Below, piece after piece: positions 1 through 11,600 of a stretch of DNA of 64,000 nucleotides (positions within the stretch are counted from its first letter, which is position 1; every line of letters starts with the position of its first letter). A model generated the notes under the pieces. The model saw nothing but the letters and a program-made list of their open reading frames with translations, ran no database searches and was not told the DNA's origin. Source of the stretch: Klebsormidium nitens. Its lineage: Eukaryota; Plantae; Klebsormidiophyceae. A program made the position numbers and the translations under genes. Location of the stretch: assembly GCA_000708835.1 (NCBI GenBank), contig DF237011.1, positions 62,001 through 126,000 of the forward strand. Direction: 5' to 3'.

Positions 1-625
1 CAGAGGCGATTGCCGCCGAAATGGCTCTTGTCCTTCAAGTGCGGAAGGCGCGACAAAGTTTCACTTTATGACGCAAACGCTCAGGAAATGCACTGAAAAA
101 GTCGTTGTTTCCCGTTCACACTTCGAAATCCAAGGTCGGTTCCGCCCTTGAAAGAACTCTGCAAGTTCCTTACTAAAGAAAACCGACGGTGGAACCGGCA
201 GTCACTTTCGCGCGCAAACGCTCAGCTTGCTCAGGCACCGAAAGCTGTCGTCCTCCTTTCGCAGTTCAAAAGTAAAGGCGGCTCCGCTCTGAAGGAGTAC
301 TGCGAGTTCCTGACCAAGGAAGATTGCCGCCGGAACCGGCAGTCGTTCTTCGCATGCGAGAAGGTCCACTTTCGGCGCATCATCATGCCGCACACTGACG
401 TCAACCTCGGCGACTGCTCCTTCCTGGACACGTGTCGCCACATGAAGGTGCGATGCTTTTACCGAATCTCGCCGCTCCTTCCTGGTCACGTGTTCCCACA
501 AGAAAGCGTGCTGCCTTTAGCGCTAAGGTCGCCTCTTCTCATCACCTATTTCACACCAAGGTGCGCTGCTTTAATCTCAGTCGCTTCTTCCTGGTTACCG
601 TGTTTCCACATGGAGATGTGTTGCT
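1..625 (+). repeat. Decayed copies of both ends of MTA exon 265-447
   Basis: ~120-230 echoes the exon start (LKELCKFLTKENRRWNRQS vs [19 protein letters not shown]), with a weaker copy at 1-60. ~470-515 and ~580-625 echo the exon end plus donor (ctccttcctggtcacgtgttcccacaagaaag vs ctccttcctggacacgtgtcgccacatgaag). Confidence 0.8.
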
Positions 626-3600
626 TGAGTTGTCACATCCTGTACCCCTCGTCCTTAAAGCCTTTCTGCGTTGTCATTGCGGTGCGTGACACCCGTTGCT
701 GTCTCCAAACGGCACGAGGTGCGCACAGTGGGCAAGATTGATAGATGTCGCGTCTGTTAAACTAACAGAGCTCCCGATCAGTCGGAGGACGTGCGTTTTG
801 AAGGATACAGCGACTAGACTGAAAACCTTCCGACGTCTCTCTGTTCAGAGGAGTAGCATTCAGCCCGTGTTTATCCTGCTCCTCAAGATTATTGGCAGTG
901 AAAGTCTTGCCCATCCTACAATTTCTCCACCGTCGAGACTGGGCGTTTTGATCTTTGCGTCCAATGCGTTTGACATTTTCGTATCAGCAGAACTTGGATC
1001 TTTTCATAACAGCAGAACTTGGGCACAACCAAGGGATTGAATGTCGACGTGAAAGAAGCATCAAAGATAATGATAACACTTGACATTCGGCAGCTTTCTC
1101 AACTTTCCCCTCAAACGCTGGATGTAACCCTTTCTTATTCGCTGAAATAAATTCCCTCTGGTTACGCGGCATCTGACTTCCGCTACTCATTGCAGACCTG
1201 TAAATACGTCCACTACGAGTTGGACCCCACCCCCGACGTCCCCCCCCACCCCAGCGTTGTTCCCCCCTCCTTGGGCGCCCCCCCGAAAAAGGGCGCCGAG
1301 TACTGCAGCCCCGAGGAGCTCGGCGAGCCGCAGTGGATCAACTGCGACATCCGGACGTTCAACTACCCGATCCTCGGAAAGGTCGGTATTCGGGCCACCA
1401 GATTTCAATAGGAGGAAGTTTTTGTATCCGTGATTCAGTCCCCGTATGTGTAATCCTAAGAGGCGGATTGGCAACGGCGTTCTCGGCAAGAGTCTCTGGC
1501 ACAATCTAATTTGAAGGAACTTCTGTGCGAATTTTTTGGCGGGGTGTTTCTGCAGACTTCTAGGTCGACTGTCGACCGTTCACAGCCCTTTTTCTGCTCT
1601 GCAGTTCGGTGTCACCATGGCAGTCCTTCCGGGGACCATTTGCGTGGATCTGTCGTTCCGATCAGGCTCAGACCATTACGTGTCGATTGTTCGACACTTC
1701 AAGTTCTTACCCAGCTAGACCCCCTCTTGCTTTGCAATCTGGTGTCACATGGCGGACCTCCCCTTGGACTTCCAGGTGGAGCTGCCATACCGATCAGGCT
1801 CACGTCTCAAATCTTTGACACTCCGGTTCGTAACCCGATCAGATCTAGTCTTGCTCTGCAGTTTGGTGTCATCATGGCGGATCCCCCCCCGAAACATCCA
1901 CACGGAACCGCCATACCAATGAGGCTTAGACCAGCTTGCGTCAGATAATTGACACTTAGGATTGTCAAAAGCCTAGAGCCCCTCTTGTTTTGCAGTTTGG
2001 TGTCATCATGGCGGACCCTCCGTGGGACATCCACATGGAGCTGCCGTACGGAACGATGGCCGACGACGAGATGCGCAACCTGAACGTGCCCGTACTGCAA
2101 GACGATGGCCTCATCTTTTTGTGGGTTACCGGACGGGCCATGGAGCTCGGTCGTGAATGGTAGGTTACCGCGCGGTTTGTATTTTCGATTTTGGGTTTGG
2201 TGCGTTTTGGAGCAAGTTTTGAGGCTGGCGAGTGGCAGGTGACCGCGACGTTTGGGTTTAGAACTAGGATTTATGAGACGCTCTTTCCGACATCCTCTCG
2301 TGGGGCAGTCAGCTGACCGGAAATGAGGTGTTGGCAATTTCACTAATGCGCAGTGAGATCAGGATCTGGAGCGTATAAGCAAGCGTTTGATCCAGGTTAA
2401 TGGAGGACCCTGCGGATTCTGGTGCACTTGTGTGTTTGGCTGCCTTAGCCATAGAATTAGTCTAGAAAGCCCCAATCGGTGTGGTGGTTGTTGAAAATGA
2501 TCTGCCGGCGCAAGCCCACGGCATCTGCTTCTAACGATGATTGTATTGACCACATCGAACGAGGTGGTTTTCTGGTTATTTGTTATCCATTGTCGGCTAA
2601 CCTGATTCTCTTTGCCTTAGTCTTTCGGCCTGAAGCTGTGGGGATTTAAGTGGGTTGAGGAGCTGACCCCCGGGTTAAGACAAAGCAGCTGCAGCGGATC
2701 ATCCAAAACCATGTCGGCTAACCAGAATCTGATTGAATTGATTAAATTGAAAACTTTGTCTTTTCAGCCTGGAGCTGTGGGGATAGAAGCCGGTTGAGGA
2801 GCTGATCTGGATTATAACTAACCAGCAGTAACGGATCACTCGAAACCATCTCGGCTGACCAGAATCCTTTGGGTTTTCTGTCCAGCCTGGAGCTGTGGGG
2901 ATACAAGCGGGTTGAGGAGCTGATCTGGGTTAAGACCAACCAGCTGCAGCGGATCATTCGAACGGGACGAACGGGACACTGGCTCAACCACAGCAAAGAG
3001 CACTGCCTAGTGAGCTGCTTTCCTTCTTTAGTTGCGAAATTTCGGGATAGATTACGAAGATATCGACCCTGGAAACGGTTCACCTGCCTCAAAACTTTCC
3101 TTGTCGGCATCCATGCTCCCCGCTCCCTCTTTCGCTCCCCTTCCAGTCAACCCAGGTTCCCTTCTCCTGATCTTCGATTACCGTCCTTGGTGGTTTGAAA
3201 ATCCGATGTCGACTCTTGAAGCCGTCGTCGGCGTCTCTTTGGATCATATGCGACGTACCTTTCCGATTCCATTTGCTTAAGGGTCCGGTCTTCATGAAGC
3301 ATTTGATCTGCTGCTTCGTTCGCAAGTACGTTCTTGCCGCGTCTTCTGCCCCTAAAAGCACCGTCCAAAGGCGTACATTCTACTGTACCTGGCTACTTAC
3401 TGAGACTTGTCGGCTGAGCATCTCCGTGCACTTGCCAGCTTCTGACGTCACAGAGCGATTCGTCTCTTACTTTCAAATCCCAAGTACGATTCCTCAGCAA
3501 AAGCCAGGGCGTCGGAACACTGCACATTCAGATCTGCGGAAGCGAAAGCAATTGGTCCTTTCTGATTAAAACGACTATGAAACCGCTTGCAGGTCGGCAT

Positions 3601-4024
3601 AAAGGGTAACCCGGTCCTAAACCGGAATATCGACTGCGACGTTTTGGTTGCGGAGGTCCGCGAGACGAGCCGAAAGCCGGACGAAATGTATCCTCTTTTG
3701 GAAAGGCTAAGCCCACGGACGCGAAAGATAGAGTTGTTCGCCCGTCCGCATAATGCCCACGCCGGGTGGATGTCGCTCGGGAACCAGTTAGACGGGGTTA
3801 GGATCGTAGACGAGGGGTTGAGGCAGCGGTTTAGGGCGAGTTATCCGGGGGTAGAGATCCAACCGGCGGACAAGGAAACAAGCGACCCGGTTTCGCCGTT
3901 GCTAAGTGATCAGAAGGAACGCCCAGGGACGCCCGCAGATGGGGTATCTGGGTCCATCGGAAGTAGCGCAGGGCTGACAGCAAAGGGTGTTGTGACCGAA
4001 GAGAGGTCCATGCAAAGCACTTGA
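265..4024 (+). CDS. MTA: mRNA m6A methyltransferase catalytic subunit (MT-A70 family, MTA/METTL3), 3' part; 5' exons lie upstream of the window
   Basis: Exons 265-447, 1196-1381, 1996-2159, 2886-3009, 3593-4024, all AG/GT bounded and in phase. They encode CCCH-type ...[20 protein letters not shown], the catalytic [21 protein letters not shown] motif, [40 protein letters not shown] and RETSRKPDE...KIELFAR. Confidence 0.97.
1590..2060 (+). repeat. Tandem ~130-bp acceptor-side echoes of the MTA DPPW exon
   Basis: Three degenerate units containing (t)gcagtt(t/c)ggtgtca(t)catggc precede the true acceptor at 1995. Confidence 0.9.
2610..2960 (+). repeat. Tandem acceptor-side echoes of MTA exon 2886-3009
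   Basis: Two clear units cctg(g/a)agctgtgggga...gttgaggagctga...cggatca...tcggct(a/g)acc, plus a weaker one near 2355-2420. Confidence 0.88.
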
Positions 4025-6086
4025 TATTGTATTCAATCGATCCTGAGTATCTTTTGAAGAGTGTCAAGCCCTTCCTCGTCTGAGCTCGGCCGGGCATGTC
4101 GTTCCCCGATCATTTCATCACTGTTACACTAGCTCCGAGTCTGTCATGTGATTTTTGTGCGGACAGTAGATGCCTGTCGGAAGAAGCCGCGTGGTGTTCC
4201 AACTGGTGTCAATCCATCGAGCTATGACAGTGACCTCCGGGGAACTTTTCGTCATGGCCCAATGGCGGGGTGTAACGTACTAACAATTGCACACCGTTGA
4301 AGAAGCTACTGTGACCTCTTCGAATCGTTTACTGCATGAGTCAATTAGTCACTGCACGATCCGTTATACCCGATAGCTACCGTCAGCCTGCCGCGGCTAG
4401 GTTCAAACCAGACAGCTGTATTGAATGATTGAAAAGCTATAAGAAGAGTGCAATCAATTGGTTATATTGTATACGCACGTCGCGGTCGGAGCCCGCCGGG
4501 CTGGCCCAAACCGGGCATATGTAGTGACATACGCATGGCGGCAATATGCCAGCGTGCTTACGCGGAGGCCCAATGCCATGCAGCAATCCGAAGGTAATTG
4601 GATATCTCAACATGCTTGACAATGATCTTTATATAGTAGCCTTGTTCCGGCAATCCGGGGGCGTTGCATTTCTCTACTAGTACGACCTCGCCGTATATCA
4701 GGACGTATATGGGGCTGCCAACTACGGCCTGGTAGGTGCGAAGTTGACTCACGCATCGTGTCAAAAACATGTGTCCGGGGGCGTCCGGAATTCCAGCAAT
4801 ACAACCGGCCACCAGCCCCCTCTCCTCTAAATGCACGAAAATTTACCTAGAGGAAAAATTGCCCGGCTGGTCAAAACGATGCATGATTTCGACCAATCTG
4901 AGAAGCTCCAAATCAGCACGCCACGGTTTGATGCATGAATACCATTTGTTCCTTTTCCTGGCCCGGCAGTGACACCGACGTGTTGAAAGTAATCTGCGTC
5001 ATGATGTGGTGCATGACACTGGCGGGATAGAAAAACAGCTCAGGACGAGTCGGCGATGGGCTTGGTTGGAAGACATGGCTGGTCCCTAATTGCAGGCATT
5101 CCCAAATTTACGAATCAACTCATATTAAGCAACTTCGAGTTCAATAAAGTTTGACGCCGCCAGCTCGCGTGGCTTTGAACACTTATGCCTAGCTAGATGC
5201 CTGGTTACGCCTAGCCTTGCACGCAGCTTTGTTGACTTACTGAACAATCCGCTTGCGAGCGTTCTATGAAGCCTTGATATTCAGTAACTGACTCACGGTC
5301 TAAGCGTTCCAACACGTGATCCACTATGCTGAGTATCTTTTGCCCTCAATATATATTTCTTCTTGCTGCGAAGAAGCTCTTCCCCACCTCTTCATGTCGA
5401 GGTCTGGATCGAAGGAAATTTATGAATGTAAACAAACACCCGGTCCTTGGCAGCTCATCGAAGGAATTGGATATCACCAGGGTGTGTACGTCCTCTCTAG
5501 TGCGATGGGAACCACGTCCTCATGCGTTAGCGTTCCAATGACTGTACGTCTGACGACTTAATGTTGAACATGGAGCTGCTTCTGTTGCGATCCGCTTAGA
5601 GCAGACAACGACCTTATCCGATACGCCACCTCGATTATCTTATCTGTTCCGCAACTTTCGTGATATATTTATATCAGTCCGACGACAGAACTTACCCGGT
5701 GTGGCATGCACTGGTAACCTCTTCAAAGCAGTGTCAAAGGGTTTTGACAAACTATTTGGACTCGGTTGAACCTGAGCTACCTGGCTCATCGGACTCGTTC
5801 AGTTGTCTTTCGAAGTTCGACCTGCGCAAATTTGACACCATGCCAGCTCGGACCGTTACTTCATCCGTTCCACATCTTCGTTGAACAAACCTCAGTACTC
5901 GTCTTCTCAAACAAGGTCAACGAGCAACGGAAGAGCGGGACTACACTGGTCCACTTGTGACGACCAGAGCTCAGCTCCAACCATCCCAGGATCTTACTCA
6001 CCGGCGGTGTCAACCCTGTTACTACACAGCGCTCATTCTTCAAGAGTAAGGGTGTTTGTTCAGAAACATTGGCCAGACGAGGCAGT

Positions 6087-7514
6087 ATGAGGATTGATGA
6101 AGAAGAGCAAGAGGGGGCCGGTCAGGATTCAGGAAATCCATTTGATCGCCTGCCTGTCGATCTTGTCAACAGAGTTCTTGGCTTGGACGACCGCCAAGGC
6201 TTCTCTCTTAGTGACTCTACTGTATATACAGTTTTGACACTTGAGCTGTCAAGGCACCTAATGAGTACTTGCAAGCTGTTTCACACTCTCGATTTGGAGG
6301 AGCGGATCCTGAGATGGGACTTCGAGGGAGCAGAAGATGCAACACGCTTCGTCAGGTTCATCTCCAGCAACCACAAGTTCTGTTGGAAGAAGATCTGGCT
6401 GAACGAATGCAACAAGAGTCTGCCAGATCTGAAGGTGGTTCTGTCAGCGCTATCGCCCTTTTTGGACTGCTTTGAGTCGATCGACATAGTCTCAGACACC
6501 TACTACTTCAGAGAACCTACAAGGGACCCAGTCAGCTGGGACGACGTCCTTGCAATGCTTCCCCAGTGCAGAAAGCTCAAAGAGGCGTCCCTTGTAGGTT
6601 ACCGTAAAGCCGGGGTTTCCCCATACGCCTTTGACCCGGCCAAGCCCCTACACGCCCTGACTACACTGAGCCTGGCCCACATAGTAATCTCCTCAGCTAA
6701 CCTTCGTAACATCCCAAACTTACAAGAGCTGAGTCTCAGCTTTACAGAGCTTGACAAACAGGAGATTTCTGTTCTGGAATCGACGACTCTCAAGAAACTG
6801 GCTTGGTACCATTTCAAGGACTTCTTAATGTGGTCCCAACCAGCAGCCAGTAGCAACAGATTTATCATCAACTCTCTCTCTCTGAAAACGTTGCACTTGC
6901 ACAGTGATCGGCTGATCACTCTGAGCACTCCGTCGCTGGAAGAGCTCTCATTCCGTGGCGAAGTGCGTCTGGACACTGCCCTCCCGATGCCACTCCTCAA
7001 AGACTTCAGTACCAACAAAGCTCCCGCTTGGACCAGAACGTTGAATATCCTGAAGGCTGCTCCAAATGTGGAAAGTTTGTATATTGGACAGTGGAAGGAA
7101 GATCGGCATCCATCGTTCCAGAGCATCGGCAAACTGTTCAAGAATGTTCGTCGGCTGCACCTAGGTTCCGTTGACGCTTGGTTTCCTCTGTGCTTAGCGA
7201 GCCGGGGCACCGCCCTAAAGCCGGAAGCCGAAACCCTAGTATGCTTCCCGGCACTCGAGAAGCTTCAGATTGATCTGGGATCGTTGAGACCAAGCACGAC
7301 GCAAGGGCTGCTGGAAAAGCTGAGGATCGGCGTCGCCGCGTGCGGAGAGGGCATTCAGCAAATCACGCTCAGTCTTTCCAACGAGGACGAACCGACAGAG
7401 AAAGTTTTGGCGATGATTCGAGCGCTTGGCAAGGAGCATCCTGGCATCTGGTTTGTTGTGGATAATTACTCAGGATACTATGAAAAGAGACGGAGGCTTT
7501 TTGCAGTCATGTAG
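6087..7514 (+). CDS. Intronless F-box-like / leucine-rich-repeat protein
   Basis: Uninterrupted ORF (track 6069-7514; first ATG 6087). N-terminal PFDRLPVDLVNRVL resembles an F-box start. It is followed by LxxLxL repeats (LTTLSL, LQELSL, LKTLHL, LEELSF, LEKLQI). Family call is from motif pattern only. Confidence 0.7.
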   Translation: MRIDEEEQEGAGQDSGNPFDRLPVDLVNRVLGLDDRQGFSLSDSTVYTVLTLELSRHLMSTCKLFHTLDLEERILRWDFEGAEDATRFVRFISSNHKFCWKKIWLNECNKSLPDLKVVLSALSPFLDCFESIDIVSDTYYFREPTRDPVSWDDVLAMLPQCRKLKEASLVGYRKAGVSPYAFDPAKPLHALTTLSLAHIVISSANLRNIPNLQELSLSFTELDKQEISVLESTTLKKLAWYHFKDFLMWSQPAASSNRFIINSLSLKTLHLHSDRLITLSTPSLEELSFRGEVRLDTALPMPLLKDFSTNKAPAWTRTLNILKAAPNVESLYIGQWKEDRHPSFQSIGKLFKNVRRLHLGSVDAWFPLCLASRGTALKPEAETLVCFPALEKLQIDLGSLRPSTTQGLLEKLRIGVAACGEGIQQITLSLSNEDEPTEKVLAMIRALGKEHPGIWFVVDNYSGYYEKRRRLFAVM

Positions 7515-8649
7515 AACAGGGTGATAAGGTATCAGAACTTCTTGAAAGGTTTGATTGCGAGGGTCAAGCAGTTGTTCGGGAATTGAATGCACAGATCCCA
7601 TAATACGGGTAATCCCGCGCCTTTATACATCGCTCGAGTTTGAGAGTGGTTGTCGTACAACGGGAAGACGTCAAGCATGGAAGCTTGCCATAAAGTAGTA
7701 GAGCCTTCTTAACAACTTGCTCACAGGCCCGGAGATATGGATTGACGTCTCGCCAATATAACGATATATCGATCTAAACCATTCTATACGGCCGGGCGGG
7801 CGGCTTAATTAGCCTGCGCACGTTGCTGCTGGACTGCACGTTAAACCTAAAACTAGAATCATTTGCTCAGCTTTTCGGACACATATATGCAAAAGTATTG
7901 AAAAGAGCTAGATCACATTGTCCGGGCACTTGTGAGCGGAGCCTGCGGCAAATTAAGTTCGTATGATAGATGCATGAATGATGAGCGCTATCCTGGCATT
8001 GATGTGGTGGTGTAAGGCTGTGCTCGGAGGTATCATATCAGGCGAGTGTCTAGGTTGATCTGGCATTATGGCGGGCGGCCATCATGGCAGTGCATGCTGA
8101 CGGCTATAATGAAAGCCATGAAGCGGCCTATCCTGTCAGGTAGCGGTCCCTGAAAAGTTTATCATGTGCATTTTACATTCTACTGCTCAATGGTCATTTC
8201 GGTGGTCGAGTCGGAGGGGACAAGCTGATTAATCGTACTGTATGTTTTGTTTGTCAATATTCTTGAGCCGACTCGGACACGGTTTTGCAAACGGACCTCG
8301 TCGCGCTATCACTAAGCTGCTGGACTGGAACGGCTCAATTTCGACACGCTACCCGCTAGCAAGGGTTGCGATCAAGGCAGCCGCGCACGAGCACTGCGGC
8401 TGAACATCTTTTCGTCGAAAGGTGCACCCGCGCAACATGTCTATATATACAAGATGATGCACAGATTCATCCATTGACGGCCTTTGGTGGTTGCGAGGTG
8501 ATTTATTTACGTCTCCAGCCCGCTCCTACGTTTGAAGCCCGGACCGACCTGCGCTTTCTGGGGCAACCAAAGCCCGTCCGACTATCGTATCTACTTGGTC
8601 ATGTGACCGAACAACATGAGTGCCAGGCATAGCCCCTCTCTAGTTATTG

Positions 8650-11600
8650 TCACTGCTCGACTCCCGCCCTAGCGGCTGCCGCGGCATCGCTTGCGGCGGC
8701 TGCCGCGTGGCCTTCCGCAATATGGGGGGCAGCGACTCCTGCCGGCCGGGCGGTGGACCGCTTCACCCAGCCTTGCAAAGATCGAACCGCCGACATATCC
8801 TGCGGAAGACGTAGGTGGAGAAAGATGTTCATTCGCAAGCTAGCGGGGACTCGCCAAGACTCGCAAGGTGACGGAACTCAATCAATGAAAAGAACCCGTC
8901 AAAACCAAAAGCTTTGACCTGACGTCCATTATGTTGGAACCTCACAAGCCTAGACGAGACACAGAGAGGCAGCGTTCTTCTGGAACGGTGCGCATGCCGC
9001 TCTCAAAGATCCAGCCTTTGCTCGGGATATCTGGGTGTGCGGATTGGCTTCGGAGAGCGAAAGAAACCAGTTCCGAATTGAATCTGGAACCAGAGTGCGA
9101 TCGAAAACGTTTCACCAGTTCTTGCAAAGTTCGACGCATCAGAAAGCGAGTTTGGTGTTTGTCAGTTGTCTCGTCATGCCTGTTTCTGAAAGCCTCTAGA
9201 GTGCGGCTCGCAGTTAGGTCCTAAGCAAGCTCAAGATTGCGTTTCAAGTACGACAGGCCTGTTTCCGACGGACCACCAAATCTACTTCCGATGACCAATT
9301 TGAGATACTTCCGCGCCGCTCCTCGGAACCTACCGCCAACTCTGAACTTTGGCATCCTCCGCGAAAAGCGCTCCAGAAAGCCTCAATTTCCGAGAGAAAG
9401 CTTCATCCTGAGACATCTGTTGAATCCAGCATGAACCGGGAAACAAAAGCGTCGGAGGGCGTACAAAGCCCCAGCCTTTCCAGGAGAACCTCGTTCCTGG
9501 CAGATATTTGCGTCCAGAAAGTTGGTACTGTGGAAGCATCGGAGGGCGTTGACTCACCTGGACCAGCCGCCGAGCGTTGGCCACTGCTTCCCGCGTGCTC
9601 GCGGCCGCCTGAGCCACAACTGGCTGGACCCCCGCCCGGTTGATGGTGGCACGATCCTGGAGCAAAGCTGCACGAGAGGAACGGACGAATAGAGACTGGG
9701 GGTTCCGAGACGACTTGGATCCCCTGCAAAGCTCCTTAAAAACCCCGTGGGAAACAATTGAAGGCATTCTCAGGTCTAAAGCCGCCTGATCTACAACCTG
9801 GCTGGACCCTCGCCCGGTTAATCCTGGCACGAGTTTGGAGCAAATTTGCGCCGAAGGAACAGAACGACGTCTAGTTTGGAAGGGGTGAAAGAACTTTGGC
9901 TCCCCGGAAAAACGTTGGAAGGAGGGAAAGTGAAAGGCGTCCTTAGACAAGGCTTCCCTCGAGTCAAGTACGGCACGCTCCTAAGAATAACGCTGTACCG
10001 AGAGCTAGAAGTCTTTCAATCCGGGGGGCTGCAAAGTAAGATTTTGTCCCACACAAGCTGTTTTTCTCGAAGAACTCCTTCTAGAAGAAAAGTTTCGAGG
10101 GACTGCCGAGTGTCTTTGCAGATGAAACTGAGGTATTAAGCGTGACGCCGGGGTGCTTGTGCAACAATTGAGCGATTCAGGGACAGAGGATGCGATGAGG
10201 ATGCGATGAAAGGCGTTCTAAGGGGAGGGCAACTACACGGTAGGGTCTTCTGAATCGGAAATATTAGAACGGGTCCTGTAGAAAAGTCGGTACGTGGCTG
10301 GTACGTGGGCTGAGATGCGAAGGTACGTGAAACACTGACAAAGCACCTAGTGAGCAACGACAAGGTGTCATCCGTTTGTAGCGTTCAAGAGGCAATCAAA
10401 TGAAATAACAACTCCCCAACCAGTAACTAACGGCTGTTCGAAAAGTAAGGAAAGGATACCTGGATAAACCTTCGGCGTTTGAAGAAGGATGAGCAGGAGC
10501 GACTCACTCAGGGTTTGATTTGCCGCAAAGTTGCCGACTCGCTTCAGACCGTCCTCCGCAGCTCGCATTGCCCGAGTCGAGCTCCGGATGCCATCGCTGA
10601 TGTCCGAACTACAAAGGCACACACGAAGCGACCGGTCAGAGCGCGCATCAGCACTTCAATGTTTGAGCGCCTAGCTTCATCAACTTTCATAACCGACGGA
10701 TTGTCAGATGCATAAAGTCGACCGAGAGAGCGCGCACTTTATCGCGACTACGTAAACTGTGTCCGGAAAAAAGTCGTGGGAAACATACTAAGCTCCTCAT
10801 TCTTGCGCTGATGTGTCCTGCGAATACACGCAAGGAGCGACCGGTCACGAGCAAGCGAGCAGGACCCTGTTTTTCGCATCCAATGCGTCCAGATGAACGT
10901 CCTTTTGTCGTACTGAGCTTCTCCTTCTTGTACCTCGCCCAACGCGGTTGAGTTCTATACCGTTCCTGCCAGACGGCTGATTCGGAAACATCTCCTCGAC
11001 CACGTTGTCACCAGAAATGGTCGTCTTTTATTCTCAACTAAAGATGGAGCCTCAACCTTTCCAGTTGATGCAGAACCATAATGCTCGTTCACCTGTGATA
11101 GGTTAGTAACGACGACTTGATTACTTCTACTTGCTGTATAAAAGTGGAAGAGACAGGACGCCAAAAACAGGACGCTGGCCGTAAGTCGCTCGGTTCCATG
11201 TTGGTGAGATCCCCAATCTTGTCGCAGACACGGCAGTCCTGCAACTCTGACTACGGCGATTGTTGCAACCAAACTGGCCTTCGAAAAGCTGTGCTCGTTA
11301 TAGGACGCTTAAATACGGCCTGGACTCTAGGACGACTCCACGACAATGTCGAGGAGCGAGTCTACGAAACTGTCGAGTCACCAGAGTTTTGAGACGCCCA
11401 AGGCTCACCTCAAGTCGCTCAGTTCCATGGTGAGGTCGCTGATCTCCATTCCGGACAAGCGGACGGCGGCCATCGTGGCGGGCAGCTCCTCCCGCGCCGT
11501 GTCCGCCAGCCGCTCCGCCGCACGTGCCGCCGCTGACACCGCCTGAAGATAACATCAAAAGTCAGACGTCTCATCTCAGATGTTTCTTTTTGATATGTTC

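Noticed and set aside
1590-1990. Echo arrays as misassembled alleles
   Set aside because: Multiple copies with graded divergence, indels and an inserted MITE are not what collapsed or duplicated haplotigs produce. Only the youngest array needs read-level confirmation.
4640-4800. TGCAACGCCCCCGG on the minus strand, resembling a Ty3 LTR start, with a repeated tccgggggcgt
   Set aside because: No second LTR, PBS, PPT or target-site duplication found.
6599-7210. 203-aa minus-strand ORF
   Set aside because: Antisense shadow of the F-box/LRR ORF.
9330-9950. 206-aa minus-strand ORF as a stand-alone gene
   Set aside because: Contains only one real exon (9667-9558), its echo and open intron sequence.
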